Of a DNA stretch of 64,000 nucleotides, positions 49,981-62,532 are shown piece by piece. Source of the DNA: Eutreptiella sp. 'Long Island Sound 2002' (taxonomy: Eukaryota; Protista; Euglenida); NCBI GenBank assembly GCA_964036045.1, contig OZ038378.1:3348001-3412000 (forward strand). Direction: 5' to 3'. Both the position numbers and the translations under genes were made by a program. The notes under the pieces were generated by a model that made no database searches, was not told the DNA's origin, and was given only the letters and a program-made list of their open reading frames with translations. Within the stretch, counting starts at the first letter, position 1. Each line of letters starts with the position of its first letter.

Positions 49981-51632
49981 ATTCGTCGCCACAGCGCATG
50001 GTCCCTCGAGCTGCTGGTGCTACTGCCACTGCTGCTTGTGTCGCTGTCGTCGGAGTTAGATGCTCGGCGTTTACCTTTTCGTCACCGCTCCTTCTTCTTT
50101 TGCTTCTGCGCTTTCTTCTTTTCCCTTTTGCGCTTGTCCTTTACCCTGCTCTTCAGGTCGTCTGCACCCGTCACATCGCAGTCCACCGGTGTCTTCCAGA
50201 TTTTCGCTGCCAGGGAATGCGGGCCCGGTGTGTCCGCCATTCCAGCCCCTTGCACAGGCGGATGGTCCAGCGCGGGGCCCCCGCCCGCGTTCTTGCCGAA
50301 CCCGCCGTCACCGTATCCCATTTTGGCCTTGTGTCCCCGTGCTCCTGCCGCTCGGGGTCATCGTCCATGATTCCCGCCACCCCGTCGCCATGGCCCCTGG
50401 GGCGCGCCGCCGGCGTTCCCGCGCCCCCGTTGTCCGAGTTGCCATGCCCTCCGGCGCTTGCCGCTGCAGCGAGGTGCACAGCTACAAAGCCGCCTCCGAC
50501 TGCGCCTGCGCCAGCTGCAGGTCTAGGTTTTGTTTCGCACCCCCTTGCACAGCACTGCACTGCAATTCATATGCTGATTCATCCGAGAGTCTTGTACCGC
50601 CCATCCAGGCCCACGTTCAGGGCCCTGTTGAGGGTGTTGAGCCTGCTTGTGCGCACCCAGTGTTGTATCCCGGCCTCCGGTCTCTCTAGTGGTGCTGAAC
50701 CTACTTCACCGCGATGCGACATAACTGCGGCCCTGTCCGTTGGCCTGATCCATCCTTCACAGTGCCGGAGTCTGCCCCCCTTTGTATCTTTGCCTAAGCA
50801 AAAGCAACGGCGGTCACAGCAAGGGGGTGCATCCTCCCATGGGCCCAAAAAAGTGCCCAAGCAGTCTGAGAAAGGGAACCGACGTTTCTTTGTACCCTTT
50901 GGGTCACAGATGGTCACCCTGCCCATACCGTGGCCACTCCCCCTGGTGTAGCATAGACCCCTTGTGGGCGCTTTGGTGCTCTTGAGGCTGTGAGGAATCT
51001 ATGGTGCTTTGTTGAGGTCCAGGCCTTAGTCTTAGGTATTCGGTGGAGTGGGCTACTGTAGAATATCTTGCTGCTTGTTTATGGATTGATTTGTTGGGTG
51101 ACTTAACTTCGGGGCTTGCCCCATGATCCGAACAAAAGAACATGAACATCGCTACTGATGGGCAATGCCCTTGAACACACGGTGGGTGCCTTGTAAGGCA
51201 CAGAGCCTTAAGGATTGGGAAGGCTAAAGAAATGTGCCCAACCCTGCAATTAAGCACAGTGAATGTCTGACCCAATATGGTTACTGTATTTGCAGACAAT
51301 GCAGATGATTCTGAGGACTTTTTCGCCACCTGTCCAGTGTATGCAGTGTTCCATGTACCCAGGTTTTGGTAGGTGATGGTGCAGGTGGTGATCACGACAT
51401 GGGCACCATAACCTGCAAACAATGTCTGTTGGTAAAATCTCGTTTTGTGCCGATTTCAAAAAATATAAAGATAGCCCCCACCCCCCTCCCCCAGGGACGC
51501 ATTAGGAGGAGAGGAGGGGGGGTCTGAGACCCAAGGGTTTGTGTACCAAAAATTGCCCAAAAATGTTTTCTTTTATAACATTTGATTTTTCCCCTGACGA
51601 ATTTTTTGTAGGACCCTGGGGGGCGCGGGGCT

Positions 51633-51635
<3 letters not shown>

Positions 51636-51676
<41 letters not shown>
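51636..51676. repeat. (AG)n microsatellite
   Basis: Direct reading. Confidence 0.9.
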
Positions 51677-51677
<1 letters not shown>

Positions 51678-52725
51678 AACGGTCGGTCCCAATTGACTGA
51701 CTGCCCCCGCCTTGGGCACTTTCAGCCGTAAGTCCAATGATGTGCTTCCATCTCAATAGAGCTATGGACAGTCTCCTGAGCATGGACACGGAACACACCC
51801 TGCCATGCCCCTGTGCTCGATGTCTGTCTCGACGCATTCCACTGGCAATAGTAGAAGGCGTATCATACAAATGGAAGTCTGCACTGCCGGGATTTGTCAG
51901 CAAGTCACTTTAGAGGGATCAGACCTTGGCTCGCACGGCCCTACAGCAGTGGTTTCGTGACCAAGAGCTGTCTTGCAAGGGGGCGTACAAGAGCAAGGGT
52001 TGCAGGGATAAGCTGTTCGAAGAGCAACAATCCTGGCGGGCGTAAGGGGGAACGTTAGTGCACCAGGACACGGTGGCCATTTTTTTAGGCCAAAATGCCC
52101 CAGACCAGCGCTCTCCCAAGCGCTATCCAAGGCTTCCCCATCCCCATGGACCCCCAGAAGGCACAGGTTACATGGCCAGTTTGATTCCTCCGCACTCTGG
52201 GGACTCAGAGAAGGCAGGGCTTATGTACTCAGAAACAGTTTTGGACCAGGGGAATATGTTCCCGCTCATGTCTTGGAAGACCATTGATGCAAGCAGCTCA
52301 ACTGCCATGCAAGATGATGGAGGGAATGAGGTTGAGGTTCGCATTGTGTTGCCAGGCACACCGCCATGCTTTGCGGTGCAGAAAGTGTTGCATGCAGCAC
52401 ATTGACCCACACACTTGTGGGGCAAAGCGGTTTGGGTTTGATTCTGGTCTGCTTTTTTGTTGGGGGGGTTCTAGGGGAGGATAAAGCTGGGGCTGAAGCC
52501 AGGATGGTGGGCTCTCTCGGCTCTGGTGATTCAGTTTGCAAGCACTGAGGACAGTGGCGTGCCTTTCCAATTCGTGCATGAACCCAATCACTCAGTGGAG
52601 TTCCCATAGCAGCCGTGATGGTGATGAAAGCCGCTCCTTGTTCCTGTTCCCCCCACAGCGATCATTTTCAGGCCAAAAGGGGCTAACGCGAATTTGGCCA
52701 CAGCTGCCTCTCGCTCCCTCCCTCG

Positions 52726-52825
<100 letters not shown>

Positions 52826-53689
52826 GCTTGCCCTTGCTCTGTCAAGCCCTGGGTCAAGAGTGGGATAAGTCCGGTAACCTCAGCTTGATGCAAAAGATGG
52901 GTCTTCCGGACACCAAGTGACGATGGTGACACTCATCAACAAAATTGGGATCACTGTATGTGCCAACGCAAGGGGGTGCTCACGGCCCCACTTGCCATTT
53001 GGACCACATTGTCCTGTATGCACAACAGCGTAATGCACGTGCCCCTTGCTGCCTTGACGACAGGCTGTCTGCCCACGTGGATGGGATGCGCTTGAACTCT
53101 GCCGCTCTCCAGCACGTTGGCTTTGTCGCGTGCACCAACTCGTAACAAGACGCAGGGGCTACCACCATTTATAGTAATTGGAAGGGAAGACTACGGGCTT
53201 TATGAGTAATTGCAGGGGGGAAAGTATGGCCTTTGGCAGCATTTGGGTGGGGAAACCACGGCGTTTCGTGGCAACCAGGGGCCAAGAAGCAACGAATACT
53301 TAGCTCTAGAAAGCCTCCATGTTAGAAGTTTTCGGTCACCGCTTCATGGCAACTGAGGGGGGGGGGGGGGGGCTGCTTCAGTCCGCCTTCAAGACCACCA
53401 AACCCTGCCCTCCAAGCCCCGGTTTGCCGCATGGGCGGCGTGCCATCTCTCCCAACACCGCCAACCATTTGTCCCAATGGGGAAATTTGGTTCGGGGCCG
53501 AGAGGCAACAACTCGTGAGCAACGGCACAACGTAGTGCAATGCTGGTGACAATGAGTAGAGGGGAATGCCCCCAAAAACCTAGTGCTCCGTCCGTGGGCA
53601 GGCACACTGGTACTTTGACCGGGACGAGTGGGGCTGCACGTGGGGGCGTGGCACTAGATGAACCAAAGAATGGCACCTTCCCATTTCCG

Positions 53690-54500
53690 AAGTTGCAGAG
53701 AGGCTCGCACGGGCGCTACGAGACGGGTTGGGGCGCCTTCTACGACGCGTCTGTGGTCCGGAGTCTCAACAACAAGACACTCGTGGGATACGAGCAAGCC
53801 CTTAACCACCTCTAGAGACGAGAACAGATGCAACCTGGGTGCAGGCGCCGCGAAGCTCTAGAGGACGAGCTTGCCGACATGGCGCGAAGGGGACTGAGAG
53901 AGAGCTCCGTCAAAAAGGTGCTCTCCTCCGTCAAGCTACTCGAAAAAGTTGACGTGGCTACGACGCACAGTGCAGCTCGGGGATTGGTACCTCATCAACA
54001 GGGTCCAAAAGGCCAGAGACAAGGAGGGCAGGGCCCGAGCAAAGGAATGGGGAAGCTTGGCGGCCGTCCAACATCTCGCTACTGCTGCAGGGACGCCCGC
54101 AGAGTTGGAGATCGTCGCACTCACATTCATATCCTGTGCGCATTGCCTCCGGGCCACCGAGGCCGTCACCGTGCAGGTCGAGGGCCGGCAGCTCATCTTC
54201 AATGGGACAAAGTCCAGAGCTAGCGAGCAGCGACGGGACATGGGGCCGTGGACGGAGCGATGGGCGGCATTCTTGGTGCGGCTGCTGGCGTTGCACGGGT
54301 ACCACCCAGACCAGCCAATGTGGTTCCAAGGTAGAGATGGACTACACAAAGGCCTGCGACACCTCCTCGACACGCTAGGCGTCGGCTACAAGGGGCTACG
54401 CTAGCACTCCTTCAAGCGTTATGGGGCAGCCTAGTTACACGGACTCAGCCTAGCTCTAGGGAGGCTGGAAGATGCCAGAGGTCACAGAGACATACTACAA
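53690..54500 (+). pseudogene. Degraded tyrosine recombinase of a YR retrotransposon
   Basis: SAM-like region (TLVGYEQAL..., SSVKKVLSSV), catalytic CLRATE (R), GTKSR (K), HSFKRYGAA (H-x-x-R, 54405-54431) and GWKMPEVTETYY (W...Y). Interrupted by stops and frameshifts. Confidence 0.7.
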
Positions 54501-55394
54501 GCCCCCCCCCCGCCCCTCTGAGATAGAGCTTCGTGCGCGGGGGGGGGGGGGTCCGGCAACCAGTGTGGAACGGGCGCACGCCGGGGGCGTTTCTGTAGCC
54601 GGGACAACGCTCGGGATGTGGCCGTCTTGGGTACGCCAGGAGCTTGAGGTCCCCGCTCTTTGACCTCTTGGGGTCGAGCCGAGTGCGGAGGCCGGTACTG
54701 GGACGGGCCAAAAACGGACAAGAACGGCGCCGCCGCGTAGAGAAGTGGTGGAAATCAGCAAGTCACCGTAGCAGCAGCCCACAAAGGCGGCCAGGACAAC
54801 GGGCAGAGGAGGAGCGAAGCCCAGGGCAAGACGGAGGCTCTAGGGGGAATAGGCCGCAGCGGAGGGCGGCGACGCGGGCGGGGAAGCCGGACGAAGGTGA
54901 GAGCACGAAGAAGGCAGCGCAACCGGGAGAGCCACTCCAACGGCTCTCGGAGGCGATCAGCAACCTCGAGGGCATCAAGCAAGGGCGTCGGTGGATGGTG
55001 TGGGGGGCGGTGCCATGCATGCTGCGCAAAGAAGGGTGGATAAGGAGGGGGGGGGGATATTCGCACTCAAGTCAACTCTGTGGGGCATCGAGGATGACGG
55101 GCTGGACGGGGAGGAGGATACTACTCCTCCGAGTCTGAAGACCACATCATGGAGGAGGCGGCACGGGCCAGATTGCGGGAGGCAGGCAGAGTCCGGGTGT
55201 GCCCCCAACTCTGGCGCAAGTTGGTGCCGGAGGACCCACGCGATACGTACCGCACGGCGCTTCTAAGGGGGGGGGGGGTTAGTGTGCGCAAAATTGGCCC
55301 GCTTGATGCGTGCGGTGCCAGTCCAAACCTCAGGGGTGAACACCACCACAAGCGCACCCACAGCTAGGGGGCAGCCAGGGGGCACCCAAGAACC

Positions 55395-56900
55395 AGCAAG
55401 TGCCGTATGATCCTTGATGCCACCCCAATAAACGAGGCTAACGCCGCCGACCGGAAAAATTTCAACTCCCGGGGTGGAAGGGGTTGGGATGAGGGGAGAG
55501 GGGCAAGCACGTGACAACCCAAGGTGGCAAAATTAGACTCGCAAAACGCCTTTTGGAGCAACCGGCTGCCGCGCAAGTGGCGCAAAATCTTTGTTCTGCA
55601 GACCTCAGACGGACGCAAATATCGCTATACGTGCATACCCTTCGGGTGGCGCTACTCGCCCCTCATATGCCAGACCTTGGTCAAACGCATCATCGAGGGA
55701 GCCCCACAGGGACTGCATGCGCAAGCCTGGGTGTACATAGACGACATTCTGGTGTTGGCGTTGCGGCGCTCCGAGCTACGGGAGGCGGTCCAGGCCATCT
55801 CCCGTAGGCTCACAGCATCAGGCTTCCTACTCAACAGCAAAAGTGAGCCGGAGCCCGTGCAAGACATCCCATTCATAGGCAAGCAAATCAATACGGTGCG
55901 GGGGTCGTTTGCCAATGCTGGGGGGGTGCTGAAAAGTGCGGTGTGTAAGTGGGTCGGCGCACTGTGGCAGCGCACCATCAGCACACACGGACTTTGCAAC
56001 CTGCTGGGACAACTCTGCTTGTTGTCTAGACTGTGCGCGGGGCTGGTCTGTTTCATGGCGGACAGCTCCAGGGAGTCAAGGTCAACACGGTTCACAAGGG
56101 GCATGGCACGTGGGCTAGGAATCATCCCGCTCTTTAGCTCGGTGGCGCAAAAGTACCCGGCAAAAGGTCCTAAGGTGGTTCCACCCACACAGGCCAGGCC
56201 ACGACACCTGCGGCTTTTCACTGGCGCGATGGGGGAGGGTGCAGAGTTCAGGGTAGGCATGGGGGGGAACACCGCCTATACAGGTTACTCCGCTACCCCG
56301 CGTGGATCAAGTCGCTACAGCAGGCAGAGCTGTACGGGGTATACTACGCCTGCAAACTGGCAGCTCACAGGGGGCGGAGGGAGGTGTTGGTAGGTACAGA
56401 CAGTGAGGGTAGCTGCTTGCAAACCATGCAGATGAGGGCACTGGCGAGACTCCCCCCCCCCCCCAATAGCTATTACTCAGACGAATGTGCTGGCTCTGAT
56501 TGTGGAGCGGTATAAGCAATGGAACATTCAGGGTATGGTGAGATGGCAATGCAGGAGGACCCCTGAGCAGGCTGAAATCCTACCCATCAATCGGCGTGGC
56601 ACGGCCATCTCTGAAGCCAAAGAGCGCCGTCGACGATGGGTGGGCAGAGCACAAAGGAAGGGGATTAGCAGAGCTCCACTTTGTAAACAGCTTGACCGCC
56701 CGTGATGTGCTTTTGCATCTGGACTTCATGCATCATGCAACCTTTTGAGGTGCACCGGCTGGGGCGAAGCGGGAGTCGACAAGTGCTTCGTCGAGGGACA
56801 TGGGAATATACCCTCCATTGAATCAATCATTGACAGGTTTTTCAACGGCCTGCAGCCCCTCCAGCCGACGTCCACGAAGCGGGTCAAGATGTTGAAAACC
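55395..56900 (+). pseudogene. Degraded DIRS-type reverse transcriptase + RNase H of the same YR retroelement
   Basis: KCRMILDATPINEA, KLDSQNAFWS, YRYTCIPFGWRYSP, YIDD (55734-55745), FIGKQI, then RNase H remnants RLFTGA, QQAELYGVYYA and VGTDS, with frameshifts. Confidence 0.8.
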
Positions 56901-59105
56901 TAGCTTATCCCCATTCTGTGTTATGGTCTCCTTGTGCACCGGTTCCCATCAACAGGCTACAATTCTGTATCCGAGAATTTCAAAAAACATTATTGGAAGT
57001 CGGTTGCGCAAAGTGGGAAAGTGCCTTACCCATACATCAAACTCACATAAACATACCCCCCTCACCCCTTGCGCAAGCACGCTGAAAGTCAGGAAAACGA
57101 CGGTCACATGGGGTTGCCGTGTTTAGACAAGACAGTGCCCACAAGAGGAAACTTAAAGAAGAAATCAGGAAAACAACGGTCAGACGGCGTGGTTAGACAA
57201 GCCCGTGCTTGTGCAAGGGGAAGGGGGGGTTCTGGTGAGGACAAGGGGGCAATGGGTTTGCAAGGTTTTCTCGTGTGTGTGCATTCAATTATGGTCAAAG
57301 ATTCCTTGAAGGTGGCATATGTTCCAATCCATTGCCCTTGGCGTTACAACCTCTATTGGACCGCAAATTAACTGTGTGCAATAGGCGTCTGTAGAATCGG
57401 CTGTTTCCTTCAAATGCAAATTCATGGTCTCGGGCCCGGGAACCTTGTCCACCGTTTGACTCGGTTTGTGGCTCCAGTGTTTATGTTTAGGGGGACAAAA
57501 ACGCGGTAATTCATCTCGGGAATGACACGAAGTCCCTTCTTCGTGCCACCAGTGATTTTCCTTACTTGATAATTAGTCGGTTGTCGACACGATTGCAGAC
57601 ATGGCTCATAGGACCCACGGTTCTGCTACCGATAGTGTCAATGGCAAATGGGTGATTGATTTTCGGTCACTATTTGCACAAGGCTAGCTAAAATCAGTAC
57701 ATGTTGGATCAAGGCACACGTGGGCTTTGTGGGCAACCACTGTGTGGAGTCATCTGTTAAATCTTGTTCGTTTGCCTCCCTTGTGTTGCCGAAGCAGGTT
57801 GCTGCCCCTCGTGGGGTTTGTGTTGCTCTTAATGGTACACCCTTTGGAGGCAAAATGGGTGAGCCACACAAATTCTCTCCTTCACTCGCCATGATCACAC
57901 TACATTGCATGAGGGGTGTTCATTCAACTGGGCTAAAAGCTTCACCTTTTTGTCCAGTCTTGTGTTCAAACAGTCGGCTCGCCCAAAAACTATGAACGGC
58001 TACAAAAACAGTGGGGCCCTCTGCCCTGATGCGTGCCCGAGGTGCCTAAAAGGTCACCACATGTGTATCATTGTGACCTTTGCAGCCCCCTCAATGCTTT
58101 CCGTGCCTTGCTGGTCTCAGCCACCTTATGGGGTTGTTGTTCAAAAATGGCTACATGGTGACCGCAGCCTGCGAGACTTACACCATTTTGCTTGTACTTA
58201 CCCCTCCTACCCCTTGTAAAAGCTATGCAAAAGTCCCAAATTAATCCGGTCCCTATGCCTTCGGGTGCTCGGATAAGGCCGTAGATGCCAAGGTCCAAAA
58301 AGAGAAGATTGCATGGTGAGCTAGTGCAGGAAAGGGCAATATCATGCACAAATATCCCCAAAATCAGAGCTACGTATGTTCAAATGGGCAAACACTCACA
58401 ACAAACGCTCACGAGGGGGGCCGTCTCCTCGGTTCGGGTACGCGACTCCCCCCCCCCCCTAGGGGCTTTCGGCCCACTTCTACTGGGGGGGGGGGAGTCG
58501 CGTCTAAAAGCGAGGAGACGGCCCACCCGTGCAAACGCTACGCCCGGGGGAGTAGTCGGCATGGACACGCCTCCTCTAGGTCAGCTGATATGCCGTTGGC
58601 CACCCCACAATTGCCTAGGGCACAGGCCCGGCTAAGCCTTGCACTCAATTGGGCCCACCCGCACTCCTTGATTGCATTGGCATAGGTGGTGCTGCTTAAG
58701 GCTGGGTGGTGCCCCACGGTGGATTGGCTGCGCGGTTGGAGGGGCCCCGGGGCTCGCTAAGTCTTAGCCCACGCAAACTGCACCCCCTTTTGGAAGAGGA
58801 AGACCCAAAGAACGACAGCCCGAAAAACTATTCCTTTTGGACATTTGCAGCACACATGACCCAGACACCACCAAAAAAATACAATTCCACCCAATTTGCT
58901 GCTTTTTTCCAGTTTTTGTTCATTAAAATAAACTATTATTTTGTCTGATTTGAAGGGTGTGTTTTACCAATCTTGTCGTTTTTGTATTTCAAAAACCAAC
59001 TAGTGCGTGCCTTTTCAGGAGCTCATTTTCTAAAATGACATTCTGCGGGTCTCCAGTTGCACCTATGTTTGTCCCGCAAAATAAATTGCTTTTTTATGTC
59101 CCTGA

Positions 59106-62100
59106 GTGCGCGAGGCCTCGCGCACTCAAGGTCACGGAAACAATTGTGTACGGAAGACAACAAAAACAGGACACGAAGTGCACAACGTACAAGCACTGAA
59201 ATAAAAGCTTGGCAAAAATGTACAAGCCCTTAAGGGCATATAATTGCATTCGCGTCGAAGGCGAGTGCGCGAGGCCTCGCGCACACATGACTGCAAAAAG
59301 AGGCAAAACACTTGGGTTAATGGTGACTTACTTCTTCTTCGGTCCTGCAACCTTAGACAACCTGGAACCCAGGTTTCTTGCCACCGCACTTGTCCCACTT
59401 GGGGAGGCAACGGTACCACGAGACGGCTGGGCACCAGAACGCGAGGGCGGCTTGAACTCTGCACTAGCACTCGCAGCAGTCTTCGCTTTCTTCTTCGGCG
59501 GGTCCTTACCCGAATCGGGACTTGCATCGAAGTGAGCGGCGGGTGCCCGCTTGCGCTTCAGCTGGGTCTCCAGTACTTGCTCCGGATCCTCTTCTTCTTC
59601 CTCCTCGTCGGCATCATCGTCGTCTGATTCTCCGGGCTTGTCCGATTCCTTCTCTTTTCCTTTCGCCTGCTTCTTGCTACCCGAGGGGGTTCCTTTTCCG
59701 GCCGCAGTTCCCTGAGTTGGTACGGCTTTGGCAGTCTTCTTCACCTTGGCTTGGCTTGGCAAGGTAGGTGCAGGCGCAACAGGCTCAGTGTCGTCAGCGG
59801 GGGCCTCAGTCACGACCTGTTCCTGGACGGCTTGTGCGGCATGCACCTTCTGGTGCCCTTCATACCCTCGGTTGCTGTCCAAAACCCACAGTGGAATGCC
59901 ACGCAAAAGCCACTCTTCTTGAGTATCCCAAGTTGCAGCTGTTGCTCCCTGCTCCGTCTGATCGGCCTCCAACATGTACCGCATGATGATCGCATGCTGC
60001 AGAGCACCTCTAACGGCATTCGCAAGGTCCTTTTGCTCGATCGCTGACACGGCCAGAAACGCCACTTTAGTCCTCCCCGACTCGTCGGACATCGCAATCT
60101 TTGCGGCCATGGCAGGCGTGTCATCCACAACAACCACTGCATCAGCATGCCCACTGTCCAAAAGATATTCGTCGAGGTACCACAGCACGTGAATCACAGG
60201 CATGAAACCACCGAGGTTCTTGTTCTGCATCTCTTCGAAATGTCCAGCGGAATACGTCACATAGTTCGGCAACTGTAAATGCGATGAATAAAGACGAATA
60301 ACGGAGGCAGCAGTGCGCGAGGCCTCGCGCACACAACGGCATCGAAACTGGCGAAAGAAGCAGATATACCTGCTTATCCCAGCGACTCGTTGTTCCGATC
60401 CACATACAATGCTCGTCAAACCGATACATGTTGCTGGTCACGGGACCCGATAACCAAGAGTATACCGGCAACCGGGCATGGTAGAAAGGCGCTGTGGTTG
60501 GATCCTTGTCCTTCTCCATATGCCACAGCCTCTGCATGTCGCGGCCAATACGGTGCACAACATCAGCCTCGCCATAGAAAATGACGTCCTTCCCCAGCAT
60601 CATCACATCGAACAGCCACTTCGGAACAAATCCTGCAGAGTCATATTCCACGAAAAGGTCAGCGTTGATGACCCACAACGGGTACTGCAAATCCCGGAAA
60701 CAGGCTAGTGGTGTCTCTTCGATATCCTCAATACGGCATGCCGTCAAAGCGAATTTGCTCCCTTGTTCGTCCTGCTTGGAGACATTGATCACGTCGCCAG
60801 TACTCAACTGTGTCTGTGGCGGTGCCGATGATGGTGCCTCAGTCTTCCTTTGCAGTTGTTTCCGCACGGCCAGCGTCTGCGGTGATGGAGGTGCGCCCTT
60901 GTCCCCAGTCCGCCACAGAGGTGCACCGGTCAACGTCTTCCACTTTGGCCACGGCGACCGGTACCTCGTACTTTTTGCGTCTTCCCAATAACCCCAATTT
61001 CCCAGGCCAATCTTCAGTTGCGTCGTGCCCAGCGCTGCGACTTCTGCTCGGATCTTCGCATCGGCAGCTGTACAGATGTGAAAAAGGTGGTTGAGTGCGC
61101 GAGCCCTCGCGCACTGAAGCTGCGAAACTGACGCATACCTGCGGTCTGGTTGACATACTGCTTACTGTCCGGATGGTCAAGATGGAAAATAACCCATTGT
61201 TCCGTAATCAGCGCGTCAATATAGTTCTGGGTGGTGCGTAAGGTCGAGTCCTTCAGGTTCATGTGCGCACAGACTTTCTGCAATAAACTTGGTAGATGCA
61301 GCCCTTCCAGCTTCTTGGCATTCCTTGTAACGTCCTCTTTCTTGCTCTTAGTCTCGAGGTTCTTCATACCAGTAACCGCCTCACGGCCGCAGTGATACGC
61401 CAGGGAGAAGATGTCCCTCCAGTTCTTGAATGTCGAGTCCTGCGAGGGAAAACAGTGTCATGGAGTGTGCGAGGCCTCGCGCACTGTAACCGTGCGATAC
61501 ACGACTACATACTGTGTGTCCTGGTTCCTCCAAAGCCTCGGGTGCAAGAAACGCAGAGTTGACGGCAGCCTGGACAACAGCAGTCTTGAACCGTTCGAAA
61601 TCTTGTGGCTCTTTTTCCGGCTTCTGGTCCTCAATGTACAACAACATGTTGTCCAGCGCCTCGGACAGCGGAATCCACGTCACAGATTGGCTACCAGCTT
61701 GTTGCAATCCTGCAACCTTGGCCCGGATCCTCCAAGGCGTTTCGTACTTGAGAATGTCAACATAGCAAAACTCCTGCCACTCCTCCAATTCTTTGCCTTC
61801 TGCGAGCCGCATTTGCTGTATCGCTCTGCATGTTTCTGTCCCATGTTGACCATTCAGAACGTAAAGCGAGCCATCTGCAACGCAAATCATGTACCACAGC
61901 CAAGAGAAGAAATGTCTTTGATCGAGCGCGAAGCGAGTCATACCACTATCCTCCCATGCCGTTACGCGCAACGGTCCAGGTGGTGGCAGTGCTTGGTATC
62001 CCGCCACTTTCTTGGCAACGTCGTCGTAGTTGATGGATCAGATCTGTCCTCGCTCCTTGGTCTTGTCAATCTGCAAATCAGTAATCTTTACCTTCACTGC

Positions 62101-62520
62101 TTTACCATTCTCCTTCCGCAGCCACTGTTGAACGTCGATTGTGAGCTTCATCTCCGGTATTGGCTTCTTCTCACCCTTCTTCTTGCGTCCTTTCTTCGGC
62201 GTTTCCCCTTGGTCGGTCCCTGGTGACGACTCCATGGCCTCTACGTCTGTTGCTGAACGTTCTGGCGACCCTGGTTGACTCATGATGCCAAGAAATGCCT
62301 GAAAAGGGCAAATGGCATGACATGAAACACGGTCATTTGAACTCCGAAATCAGTCGAAACGGTATTTTGCAGGTCGTTTTCGCAAATCTGTTGCACAACC
62401 GTCTTTGCTGTGACCAATTCCACCGGACTTAGCGACCTACTCAGTGCGCGAGGCCTCGCGCACTCACATCGCATTACGGACCTGTTTTTCGTATCGTTTA
62501 GTGCGCGAGGCCTCGCGCAC
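59106..62520. repeat. Seven dispersed copies of the 20-bp palindrome GTGCGCGAGGCCTCGCGCAC
   Basis: Copies at 59106-59125, 59265-59284, 60313-60332, 61095-61114 (1 mismatch), 61465-61484 (1 mismatch), 62444-62463 and 62501-62520. Five extend to 22 bp (A...T) and the first to 26 bp. Confidence 0.97.
59328..62283 (-). CDS. Five-exon gene (62283-61944, 61874-61513, 61439-61139, 61067-60370, 60272-59328; 882 codons) encoding an N-terminal ParB/Srx-like domain, a central domain weakly resembling an inactive N6/N4-MTase fold, and a Lys/acidic tail; one in-frame TGA at 62038-62040
   Basis: Four GT-AG introns (69, 73, 71 and 97 nt) exactly reconcile the frame shifts between the listed ORFs, and the exons sum to 2,646 nt. 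RGQI[*]SINYDDVAKKV...PPPGPLRVTAWEDSDGSLYVLNGQH resembles ParB-like Q.R...Y.I.DG.H patterns. Domain calls are by eye. Confidence 0.75.
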
Positions 62521-62532
62521 TGCGGGTGTCAG

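Noticed and set aside
50000-50600. Gly-rich and Lys/Ser-rich minus-strand ORF fragments (possible gag-like remnant)
   Set aside because: The fragments are broken across frames and show no diagnostic motif, so no call is supported.
62038-62040. TGA recoding or an alternative genetic code to explain in-frame stops in the right-hand element
   Set aside because: The neighbouring gene also has a frameshift and the Helitron lesion is TAA. Ordinary C-to-T or G-to-A decay (CGA/TGG to TGA) is the simpler explanation.
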